Shown piece after piece: positions 34,500 through 44,183 of a DNA stretch of 64,000 nucleotides; the stretch's first letter is position 1; every line of letters begins with the position of its first letter. Origin of the DNA: a phage; the sequence record PX246730.1; one strand, written 5' to 3'. Position numbers and translations under genes: made by a program. Below the pieces are notes generated by a model. The model saw only the letters and a program-made list of their open reading frames with translations, had not been told where the DNA came from and ran no database searches.

Positions 34500-34930
34500 G
34501 CAGATTTTTTATAAGGCTACTGCCATCCTTCCATACATTACCTTACCACACCCTACCATACCTAACCAAACTACACCATACCATACCTAACCAAACTACA
34601 CCATACAATACCTTTTTAAAAGACCTTGTTTAAAGGCCTTTTAAAAAGGTAAGTCTCATTTTAATGTAGCTGAGACTAACTACCCATACATTACCTTACC
34701 ATACCAGACCTCACCCTACCTTAACTTACCTTACTCTATCCTACCAAACACCACTTAAAAACCCTCTTAGAAGACTCTTAAGTGATGTAATCGGATTTTT
34801 ATGTAGCTCCGATTAACTACCCATACCAAGCCTAACCTGACCGCACCAAACCTTACAACACCACACCATACCAAACCTCATTAAAAGACCCTCTTAAAGA
34901 CCTTTTAAAAAGGAGCCTCCGAAGAGGCTA
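34500..34930. repeat. long intergenic repeat region, copy 1 (G-free A/C-rich tracts plus hairpins)
   Basis: blocks 34500-34542, 34617-34705, 34752-34787 near-identical to 36049-36091, 36151-36239, 36316-36351. Confidence 0.8.
34901..34930 (-). terminator. intrinsic terminator (minus strand)
   Basis: on minus strand AGCCTC-ttcg-GAGGCT followed by CCTTTTT. Confidence 0.55.
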
Positions 34931-34940
34931 CCTAGTCAAC

Positions 34941-35381
34941 TTAGAAAGGTTTTCTACGTTGCTTGTTAATGTTAGCTTTCATAGCAGCTAAATGGTTTTG
35001 CTGTTCAATCAGTCGTGAACGTTCTTGATGACTAAGTGCCATAGTGTTCACATTCTCAATCGCTTGAGTGGCTTGCTTTAAAGCGCGACCAATCTTACCA
35101 GACATTTTACGTTTTGCAATAGTTGCTTGATGCTTAGGTTCAACCACACGATAACCAACACCCATTGAAGCAACCAGATAAATCTTCTCTTCTTTAAGAA
35201 GCTTCTCAATAAACTTCTCAAGTCGGTTTAGACGTGTAAGCGCATAAGCCTTCATTTCATCTTCGTACTTAACAATGTCGCCTTGATAAGTTGGCTTCAC
35301 AATACCTAAGAAGGTATCCATCTCAGAGTGTGATACAGTGTCACCGTAACTAAACTTTGCTGCTAATGCTTTTGTATTCAT
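34941..35381 (-). CDS. hypothetical protein (146 aa)
   Basis: ORF track; flanked by long direct repeats. Confidence 0.5.
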   Translation of the reverse strand: MNTKALAAKFSYGDTVSHSEMDTFLGIVKPTYQGDIVKYEDEMKAYALTRLNRLEKFIEKLLKEEKIYLVASMGVGYRVVEPKHQATIAKRKMSGKIGRALKQATQAIENVNTMALSHQERSRLIEQQNHLAAMKANINKQRRKPF

Positions 35382-35383
35382 AA

Positions 35384-35989
<606 letters not shown>

Positions 35990-36048
35990 TTAGTTGATTG
36001 TTAAGTTGTTTGTAAAGAACCCTCAACAGAAGACTCTTTAGAAACTTG

Positions 36049-36351
36049 GCAGATTTTTTATAAGGCTACTGCCATCCTTCCATACATTACCAAACAGTAC
36101 CGTGCCACAACACACCATACCCAACCCCACCTAACTCTACCACACCTCATTAAAAGACCTTGTTTAAAGACCTTTTAAAAAGGTAAGTCTCATTTTAATG
36201 TAGCTGAGACTAACTACCCATACATTACCTTACCATACCGTACTTTACCTTACCGTACCGTACTTTACCCTACCGTACCGGACAATACTTAACCCGACCT
36301 CGCCCTACCGGACATCACTTAAAAACCCTTTTAAAAGACTCTTAAGTGATG
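36049..36351. repeat. long intergenic repeat region, copy 2
   Basis: near-identical blocks shared with 34500-34787; contains G-free tract ccgtactttacc repeats. Confidence 0.8.
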
Positions 36352-36416
36352 CTGGTGAGTACCCGTTGGTTTATGCTGCTCAGTATACTCACCAAATTTT
36401 CTATGTCAACAACTTT

Positions 36417-37520
36417 TTATTCGTAGTCTCGAATAACTAACCCAACAGGGAACTGTAAAGAACCTTTACGAGTCATCTTCTGGAACTGAACCGTTAAAGG
36501 CTTCCCGATAAACTCTTCAGGATGTTCAGCAAGATACTGTTTCTTCTCATGAGTAGTCTTCCATGAGACATCTACAAAGACGTTAGGAAGAGTCTCTACA
36601 ACAAACTTGCCATGACCACGCTTATCAGTCTTTACACCAGTCACTTTAAACTCTTCAGTGTGCATCTTCTTGTGCTTAATCAAGAAGTATGAACGGTGAC
36701 AACACTCATAGAAGGAGTCTTCAGAGATTGAACGGTACATTGCACCTTCAAACTTAGCTTCAACCCACTTATCATGAGCTTCATCGAACTCTTCCCAAGA
36801 ATTTACACGACGAGACTTAACAGGGACAACTTTACAACCATCTCTCAAATCATTCAATGGTGAAGTCTCAATAATATCTCTACGCTCAGGCCACGTTTTA
36901 GTACTGTCACAGATATCATACCAGTAGAACTTAAGTAAGTGTCTGTCAGGATTGTCTTCATTTTTAATCATGGAGACAATATCTTCTAAGTCCCAACCAT
37001 GAGCATAAATCTCTCCATCAAATTCATCAACATCTTTGTGGAGCCTTAACATTGCCATAATGTCGGGTATTAGTTCAGTAGGGATTTTATAAACAGTATT
37101 TTCACGAGAGTATGCTGTGAATACACTACCAATGCTTAAGTGTCTTGAAATTCTACAACGGACACCATCAAGTTTTGGTTGAGCATCAGCAGGGAACTTC
37201 AGATACTTTGCATGACTAACCTTTGCAGCATCATGAGCAAGCTGTACACCTACCTTCTCAGTATTCTGTGCAGACTCTTTTGTGTAAGCGTAACCTTTGC
37301 GGTCAACTTGCTTTTTATACTTAGCAGCAACTTCAAAGAGAGCTTGCTGTTCAGCGTTACGCTCATTCTTTTTACCGATGTTTTTAGGTTCTGCTGTATA
37401 CTCTTCAAACATCATCTTGCCATTTTCTTTACCATAGGTTGTAATAACTTTGTCACCTACAGCAACACACGACCAGACGTTGAAGGAACCATCTTTATTT
37501 TGTTTGTACAGAATTGTCAT
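36417..37520 (-). CDS. ATP-dependent DNA ligase
   Basis: ligase motif I KxDGxR (PKLDGVRC); about 367 aa. Confidence 0.75.
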   Translation of the reverse strand: MTILYKQNKDGSFNVWSCVAVGDKVITTYGKENGKMMFEEYTAEPKNIGKKNERNAEQQALFEVAAKYKKQVDRKGYAYTKESAQNTEKVGVQLAHDAAKVSHAKYLKFPADAQPKLDGVRCRISRHLSIGSVFTAYSRENTVYKIPTELIPDIMAMLRLHKDVDEFDGEIYAHGWDLEDIVSMIKNEDNPDRHLLKFYWYDICDSTKTWPERRDIIETSPLNDLRDGCKVVPVKSRRVNSWEEFDEAHDKWVEAKFEGAMYRSISEDSFYECCHRSYFLIKHKKMHTEEFKVTGVKTDKRGHGKFVVETLPNVFVDVSWKTTHEKKQYLAEHPEEFIGKPLTVQFQKMTRKGSLQFPVGLVIRDYE

Positions 37521-37723
37521 TTTCTCTTACCACCAATTTCTACGTCAATAACTTGAACATCGCCAGCAACATCAAACTTATGAATGATGCTTTCCACAGT
37601 GTAAGTCCAATCCTCAATGCGAACCAACTCACCTTCTCGTGGGACGATTGGATTACGTTGAGCTACCGTTGTAGTGGAGTGAACAACATCATAACGGTAG
37701 ATATAGTTTACTAGGACTTCCAT
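37517..37723 (-). CDS. hypothetical protein (68 aa)
   Basis: ORF track. Confidence 0.4.
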   Translation of the reverse strand: MEVLVNYIYRYDVVHSTTTVAQRNPIVPREGELVRIEDWTYTVESIIHKFDVAGDVQVIDVEIGGKRK

Positions 37724-37732
37724 AGTTTTTCC

Positions 37733-37966
37733 TTAAAAGGGTAAGTCGATATCAATACGTTCACCCTTAAGGACTCCAGTACGGTCTTTTGCAATCTTCC
37801 CTTCAACAATAAGAATGTGTGCAGACCTTAAAGTGTCACTGTTAAAGGCTTTTACGAACTTACTAGGCATCACTACAATGGACATCTCCTGAATCAACTC
37901 TGGAGTATAGCAATTGTCGTGAAGTTGCTGAATAACGTCTGCAAGTGTCATTTTTGATGTCTCCAA
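37733..37966 (-). CDS. hypothetical protein (77 aa)
   Basis: ORF track. Confidence 0.4.
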   Translation of the reverse strand: METSKMTLADVIQQLHDNCYTPELIQEMSIVVMPSKFVKAFNSDTLRSAHILIVEGKIAKDRTGVLKGERIDIDLPF

Positions 37967-38157
37967 TACTCAATGTCAATAAGTTCTTGTGCAATGCTTT
38001 TCAGATTACCTTTCAAGAAAACCTTCTCAGAACCTGAAAGAGATGAATTGTCAATTAACCTGTTCATTCTCTCAAACAACTTCTGTTTACGATTCTTGAT
38101 AGTTTCCTTTGAAGCATCTTTCATCATCGCTGCATGGGTTCTTCCACGGTGGCTCAT
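37948..38157 (-). CDS. hypothetical protein (69 aa)
   Basis: ORF track. Confidence 0.4.
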   Translation of the reverse strand: MSHRGRTHAAMMKDASKETIKNRKQKLFERMNRLIDNSSLSGSEKVFLKGNLKSIAQELIDIEYWRHQK

Positions 38158-38208
38158 AAGCCCTCCTATACAAGATGTAGTATAAGGTACTCTTCCCTGA
38201 GCACCTTG

Positions 38209-38724
38209 TCAACTTAGTTTTGCAAACTCTCCGTGAAGTTTAATAGCAGCTTCACAGTAAGCTTTATGGGCTTCTTCTTCTGTTGTGTATGTCCCTATAT
38301 GTATAGTCTTGCCATTATGGTTAATCTGGGCTTTCCACTTACCAGACTTACTTCTACTTGTACCTTTTAAGTTTTTTGATGTTCTAGGTTGTCTCCTATT
38401 AGACATATTCTGTTCTTTTGTGGCCTCTCTTAGATTGTCCCAAGCGTTATTCAAACCATCTCCATCTTTGTGGTCAATTTGCTTATCAGGCCACTTGCCT
38501 GTCATCCAGAACCAAGCAATTCGGTGATTGCCTGTCCTGTATCCTAAAATCTGTGTGTGCATATACACACCAGACCTTGTGCGCTTAATTGCTCCGGCTT
38601 GGCTTCCAATAACCACCCTACTACTGTGTGGAGGTCTGCCAATCCATGTTAAGACCCCTGTTTCGGGGTCATAATCTAACCAAGATTTTAACTGTTCATG
38701 TGTGAATCCACAATCTCTCATCAA
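38209..38724 (-). CDS. HNH endonuclease with AP2 DNA-binding domain (free-standing homing endonuclease-like)
   Basis: HNH signature IDHKDGDGLNNAWDNLREATKEQN; AP2-like SKSGKWKAQINHNGKTIHIGTYTTEEEAHKAYCEAAIKLHGEFA; 4-nt overlap with polymerase exon 2. Confidence 0.7.
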   Translation of the reverse strand: MMRDCGFTHEQLKSWLDYDPETGVLTWIGRPPHSSRVVIGSQAGAIKRTRSGVYMHTQILGYRTGNHRIAWFWMTGKWPDKQIDHKDGDGLNNAWDNLREATKEQNMSNRRQPRTSKNLKGTSRSKSGKWKAQINHNGKTIHIGTYTTEEEAHKAYCEAAIKLHGEFAKLS

Positions 38725-39285
38725 TGTACCTCATACCACGATTTACCAACCTTTGCTGTACCAGTTACAAGTGTTTCTTTCCTCAAACCTAAGTTTTTTG
38801 AAGCTTGTCCATACATCCAGTCAGCAATTGCTTTCATATCCTGTGTCATACCCTCTGGACATTCCCAACTATTTTCATCGTGATATGCCAGAAGTAACCT
38901 TGCTCCGATAGCTGGTTTTCGAGCATTCAGTTTTGTCAGGCCATCTTCACAGGCTTTTCTTGCTGCTAGGTTGATGGCCTCATTCTGAATCTGGGCTTCC
39001 GAACTCATCAAGAGGTAGTTCAGTAGTTTATGTGGAGATTTGCACCATATCCATGCTCCAGCGACCCTGATATAACCACCTTTAGCAATTGAAGAATTCT
39101 TCCCAAAAACCTCTTCCAGAGCCTTTTTAGACGCCTTAAAATCGGCTTCTAAGCTATCAAGTAACTTCTTAATCTTTGGCAGACGCATATAGTAAGTTTG
39201 TTTAGTCAATGCACCTTCTTCCGTAGATGATGCTTTGATAGTTTTTGCAAACTTCTCATCACCTGCACCAAACAATACATCTGGT
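38721..39285 (-). CDS. DNA polymerase (family A) exon 2
   Basis: FGAGDEK (motif B continuation) and YHDE motif C; frame open upstream only to 39284. Confidence 0.75.
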
Positions 39286-39553
39286 CAATACACTCGCAAG
39301 GTGTACCAGTTCTCTTATGAACTTCTCCGCATTTCTACGGAGTGTCGGACTATATCACGTAGTAGTAATACTACCGTTGCACTTGGGAATGGTCATTAGC
39401 TTACCACCCTACTCTACTCAGTTCATACATTAAGTATGCTTTTCGATAGTCTCTGAACGTTCCTCTTAAGAGGCTTCGCTGCTGATTACCATATCTTTAC
39501 AGACTTAGGCTTCCAGCAATTCACAACGTTTTACATGCGCCACTGACGCATAA
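39286..39553 (-). mobile_element. group I intron in DNA polymerase gene (no internal ORF)
   Basis: on minus strand, in order: P-like AATTGCTGGAAG (about 39510-39521), Q-like AATCAGCAGC (39478-39487), R GTTCAGAGACTA (39447-39459), S GATATAGTCC (39346-39356); 5' exon ends in U, intron ends in G. Confidence 0.7.
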
Positions 39554-41718
39554 ATGCCATTTTTGGCTTTCTTACGACCTTTTGTAATCTCGTGGAGAAG
39601 TTCCTCATCCTGTGTCTCCCTACAACGAACAATGTCTTCTTCCTTGTTCAGACCAAAGTAAATACTGTTCAGTGTATGCGCATCAGTCCCTGTGTAGACT
39701 TCATAGAGGTCGTTCTCAGCATCATAACGAAGATACTTGTCAGTTTCTGGATTAAGATACTTATCGAGATGCTTGCAATAGTATCTACCGTCATCTTGCT
39801 TAGTGAACTCTACTGACTCTTTACCCTCAGTTACTGCTTTGGTGAACTCTTTATCACCCATAAAGTTACAAAGGAGAACTAGCTGTGCAGAGTTCTGGTC
39901 AACTGAAACGATATTAGTCCCTTCCTCGCAAATCCACACCTCCCTCATAGGCGCTCCATAGACAGCAGCACCAGACGGTACGTTTACAATACCATATTGT
40001 GTCATACGTCCAGTTGAAGTACCAAACACCATTGCACCAGCACTAAGGCGACCATCAGGACGAATCTGGTTCAACCAACCTTTTTCATCATCCTTTGAGT
40101 TCTCAATAGTTCTACGTCGGTGCATCAAAGTATAGTACTTAGCAATCTTCTGTCCAAGCTCACCTTCAATCGTGTCATAAGATGACTCAGTAAGCTTTGG
40201 TGAAGTACGGATTAAACAAGGCTCAAGCAAATCTGTGTATTTTTTCACAGACCAGTTATGCTCAATGTACTGTACACCTTCATGCTCAACATAGCTCAAA
40301 CCACACCGCTCAACCATTTCCTGCCACTTAGGATGTTTTGTAATCATCTTTTTATTGTCTTTGAAACGACAAACCTTAACAGGGCGACCGTCTGAGTCTT
40401 TCTTGTAGTTCCAGTCATCTGGAATCCAACCAACTGATTTCAAGTAGTCTTTAACAACTGCTACCTGAGTCATACGAGAAACTTCAAACTCAATTGGTGT
40501 ATATGGTGCATCAATCAAACCTGTGTAGCGACTTGACTCAAGTTCAAAGTGGTTAACAACATGACTGTTATAGTACTTCACGGTTTTGACTGTTTTTACT
40601 GGCTTCCAGTCTTTGCATTTCTTACCAATCTTTGCGTTCAAATCATTGCAAATTGCACGAGCATCCTTCATTGCTACAAAGCCTTCCTTGTACTCTTCAC
40701 CAGTTACAGAGTTGGTTGGTGTATAGCAATTTCTCTTTTCAATGTTAAAAATCTTTGTAGTTGGCTTACCAAATGGTTTGATTTCGTATGTCTGCATCTC
40801 ACCGTTACGTACCTGTTGACGATACTTTGTCTTAGGATACTTGGTAATTCTTTTCAGTCCATCTGCATGACCAAACGTTTCAACATACTCATTCCAAGCT
40901 TTTGCAAACTCTTCTCCAGTCACTTTACCTTTGGTCTTAATAGTTGGAGGAAGGTGTGGTTCAACCTCTGAAGCAAGCTCATTAGTCAACTTGTCAAGTT
41001 CCTTTACATGGAACTCCATAAGCTCCTTATCAGCTTTCCAACCATTGATAGCCTGTTGACTCATCCAGAAAGATGTTTCTTTAGCTCGCATGTAGGTTTC
41101 ATAAGTGTCTATGCCACACTTCTTAAGCTTGAGATACTCGTTATCAAGTGCCCGTTTAGTTTTGGCGTTAATACGGATATCTTCTACAACACGAGTGAAG
41201 ATTTCTGCATTCCACACACCCCAATGTTCAATCTCTGGTTTACGAACACCAACACGAGCACCCCATGCAGCCAAACCATGAGCACCTTTATAGCCCTTTG
41301 GAGTTGGTCTATCCATCCACTGAACACGAGACTGAATAAGAGAATCCTGAAAGAAATTACTCCACGGCTTACACTTTGGATTATCAAAGTTCCATAAATC
41401 AGGTGCAATGTGATTGAAAACCCACCAGTCATAACCGAGACCATTATGGATGCAAAGGCGTTTTGCCTTTAACGCAAATTCAACACCTTCACGTAAGCCG
41501 CCCTTGATGTACTTGGTATACTTGTGACCGAGGATAGGCTCATCTGTAAAGACCCATACAGGTGGCTCTTCATCGTCAGATTTATAGTCTGCGAAAGCCA
41601 TTACGTGAACTTTAGTGAACTCAAGGAGTAAACCATCAGTTTCTGTATCACCAACCAAATGTAAGTTTTTAAAATCTACGTTTTCCATTTTCACTCCCTC
41701 TAAAATCATTAACCACAT
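39554..41718 (-). CDS. DNA polymerase (family A) exon 1, with 3'-5' exonuclease domain
   Basis: Exo I motif GDTETDGL; polymerase motif A region VDQNSAQLVLL; motif B start RKKAKNGI; ORF continues into intron to stop at 39505. Confidence 0.75.
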
Positions 41719-41944
41719 ACATTACTGCAAAAAATTATAAAAAGCAAGTTGACAATGTACTTGACAAGGTGTTAATCTTTGCGAAGTGGGTTTTTACTTA
41801 AAAGGTTACTTAACAGTTTAACTATACAGATACTTTAAAACTCTTAAAAGATTATTTAATAGCTTTTAAAAGCTTTAAAGTATAACGTATAGAATACGTT
41901 AAGATAAAAGATTAAAACTTAATAGTTACTTAAAAGAGGCTTAC

Positions 41945-42367
41945 ATGCAGAAAATGTTTGTTCACCCAGACATAGCTGACTTTGTTAGAGCTTTGCAGAA
42001 GTTGGAAGAACTTGACATTGCTGCTCAACGGGAATATGCTCACCATCACAGGAGGATGGTTGATATACAACATGAGATAGAGTTGTCTGAAAACTATGAA
42101 GATGACTTAAAATGCTCTGTATTTGAGCATATGAAAGATGTTGCTACAGCGAGACGTAAAGCTAAAGACACAGTTGCTTTACTAGATTCTCTTAAAAAGA
42201 GGTTGCAAAGTGGTACAGACCTGTGTAATCTAGCGTCACTGATTAACGATGTTGAAACTTCTTGGGATAGGCACTATTATCCACGTTCTGAAAAGACACT
42301 TGACTTTTCTTCATCTGAAAACTTAAAATGTTCTAGAAAGAAACTTAACCAACTGAGAGAGAAATAA
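41945..42367 (+). CDS. hypothetical protein (140 aa)
   Basis: ORF track. Confidence 0.45.
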   Translation: MQKMFVHPDIADFVRALQKLEELDIAAQREYAHHHRRMVDIQHEIELSENYEDDLKCSVFEHMKDVATARRKAKDTVALLDSLKKRLQSGTDLCNLASLINDVETSWDRHYYPRSEKTLDFSSSENLKCSRKKLNQLREK

Positions 42368-42368
42368 T

Positions 42369-43169
42369 ATGAATATTGATGTAGAAAAGATGCTTGAAGA
42401 GAAAGGTGTTGATGAAGCATTCTTAATCAATGCCGTAGAAAGCATGGCTATGATTCTTCGTGGTAATAACTACACAGAACAGTTTATGCCTGCAAGCTAT
42501 AACTTGCCTGAAGACAAGTCTGATAACGGTGCTTTTGCAGAACAGGTTAATATGATGCTATGCGACAAAACACTTGCTTTAGCATCTATCGTTGTAGGTG
42601 TTGATGCTCTTGCAGAGTTCATTTTTTATGAAATGCAGAAAAATGACTATATTGCCATGACCGCTGAAGAAAAAGACTTGCTACTACTCGCAGGTAATGA
42701 TGAACTAATCGACCTGTTAATTTCATCAACGAGTGCTGTTATGGCTGTTCTTGAGAAGCGCATGGAAGAGAAACTTTCACGATATGAAAAACTTGATTGG
42801 GGTGTAGAAGAATTAAACCCACGAATCAAAGAGATTATCCAGCAAACTAAAAAGTCTTTGGAAGAAGCTGTTGAAAATGACTCTGTAGCTGACATTGAAC
42901 CACTTCAGGTGAAAGTTGCACTGATGATTCCAGCTATCTCTACGATGATGAATATCGTTGCACTAATCCAACTTTCACAGATGATGGGTGTGAGTATTGA
43001 GTTCATTGAGGAAATGACTGGTGGCGTTAGTATGCAAGCAATCAATGATGTTTTGGTGAATATTGGTGCTTCAATCATTGAAGAGAAGCTACGCATTAAC
43101 TTCGGTGATGATTTTGTGAAGCAAATCTCAGCTATGGCTGAAAAAGAGTATGCTGACCAACTGCACTAA
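42369..43169 (+). CDS. hypothetical protein (266 aa)
   Basis: ORF track. Confidence 0.45.
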   Translation: MNIDVEKMLEEKGVDEAFLINAVESMAMILRGNNYTEQFMPASYNLPEDKSDNGAFAEQVNMMLCDKTLALASIVVGVDALAEFIFYEMQKNDYIAMTAEEKDLLLLAGNDELIDLLISSTSAVMAVLEKRMEEKLSRYEKLDWGVEELNPRIKEIIQQTKKSLEEAVENDSVADIEPLQVKVALMIPAISTMMNIVALIQLSQMMGVSIEFIEEMTGGVSMQAINDVLVNIGASIIEEKLRINFGDDFVKQISAMAEKEYADQLH

Positions 43170-43187
43170 GTCTTTATAAATCTTACA

Positions 43188-43212
43188 AGCCTCCTTAGTT
43201 GGGGGCTTTTTA
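43188..43212 (+). terminator. intrinsic terminator
   Basis: AGCCTCC-ttagtt-GGGGGCT followed by TTTTT. Confidence 0.6.
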
Positions 43213-43230
43213 GTAATTAAGGGAGATAAA

Positions 43231-43974
43231 ATGAGTAATATTATTGCATTTACTGGAAAGGCACGTTCTGGAAAAGACACCTCGTGTTCTATTGTGAAGA
43301 ACATCTTAGAAGATGAATACGGCTATAATGTTGCCATAATGGCTTATGCAGACAACCTTAAGCTATCTGCATCAAAGATATTTGACCTGACTTGGAATGA
43401 CCTGTATGGTGAAACTAAAGAGACTCCACAGGTTTTTGACTTATCATATCATGAACTGATGTTCAAAGTTACAGAAGCTATGGAGTTCACCTTCAAAGGT
43501 GAGCGTTACCATATGGATTTTAAGCTTATGTCAGAGTTAACAGGACGATTGATTATGGAGCTTAAGAAAGTCTCTAAACCAACTCTATTGACACGTCTGG
43601 GATTTAGCAAGAAGTATAAATTCTCATCAAGACAAATTCAACAGATTTGGGGCACTGAAGTTATCCGTAAAGTTATGGGTGACAAGTTCTGGGCTAAAGA
43701 CCTTGAAAAACGAATGGCTCGCTTCTTTGAATCTTGTTCACTTATGAATCAAGAGGGTGTTGTTTTAATCAGTGACTTAAGGTTTGACTCTGAAGCTGAG
43801 TGGTTGAGTAGATTTGCACACCAGATTATTGAAGTAAAAAGAGACAATGTGGACAAGGTTTCATCACATGTTTCAGAAAATGGAATTTCTACCAAATATG
43901 CGCGTGACATTATCCATAATAATGGTACTCTTGCAGACCTTGAAAGTAAGCTAAGAGCTATCCTGAAGATTTAA
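43231..43974 (+). CDS. P-loop kinase, putative deoxynucleoside monophosphate kinase
   Basis: N-terminal P-loop FTGKARSGKDT. Confidence 0.5.
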   Translation: MSNIIAFTGKARSGKDTSCSIVKNILEDEYGYNVAIMAYADNLKLSASKIFDLTWNDLYGETKETPQVFDLSYHELMFKVTEAMEFTFKGERYHMDFKLMSELTGRLIMELKKVSKPTLLTRLGFSKKYKFSSRQIQQIWGTEVIRKVMGDKFWAKDLEKRMARFFESCSLMNQEGVVLISDLRFDSEAEWLSRFAHQIIEVKRDNVDKVSSHVSENGISTKYARDIIHNNGTLADLESKLRAILKI

Positions 43975-43982
43975 AAGAGAGA

Positions 43983-44183
43983 ATGAAGATGAGAGTAAAA
44001 GACAATTTTAAAGTTATTGACCACCGTTTAGTGGAACTCTCATCTCTTTCCAATGAGGTAATGATTGAACGTCTTAAGAGAGTTGAATCACGAAGGAAAG
44101 AGATTGCAGATGAAATTCATGAACTGGACAAGATTGAAAATGGATTGAAGGCAGAACTACAACGAAGAGGTGCTAATGTCTAA
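43983..44183 (+). CDS. hypothetical protein (66 aa)
   Basis: ORF track. Confidence 0.4.
   Translation: MKMRVKDNFKVIDHRLVELSSLSNEVMIERLKRVESRRKEIADEIHELDKIENGLKAELQRRGANV

Noticed and set aside
34500-34930. Possible CRISPR array, suggested by the repetitive A/C-rich sequence
   Set aside because: No regular repeat-spacer periodicity, no cas genes; the repeats are long blocks duplicated at 36049-36351, not a short unit iterated with unique spacers.
38721-41718. DNA polymerase as a frameshifted pseudogene or two-subunit enzyme
   Set aside because: The gap between the two reading frames contains P, Q, R and S group I elements in order, and splicing restores motif B with exact T7-like spacing, so an intron is the better explanation.
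41749-41790. Tandem TTGACA hexamers as a strong promoter
   Set aside because: No convincing -10 hexamer at 16-19 bp spacing on the plus strand; kept only as part of the divergent control region finding.
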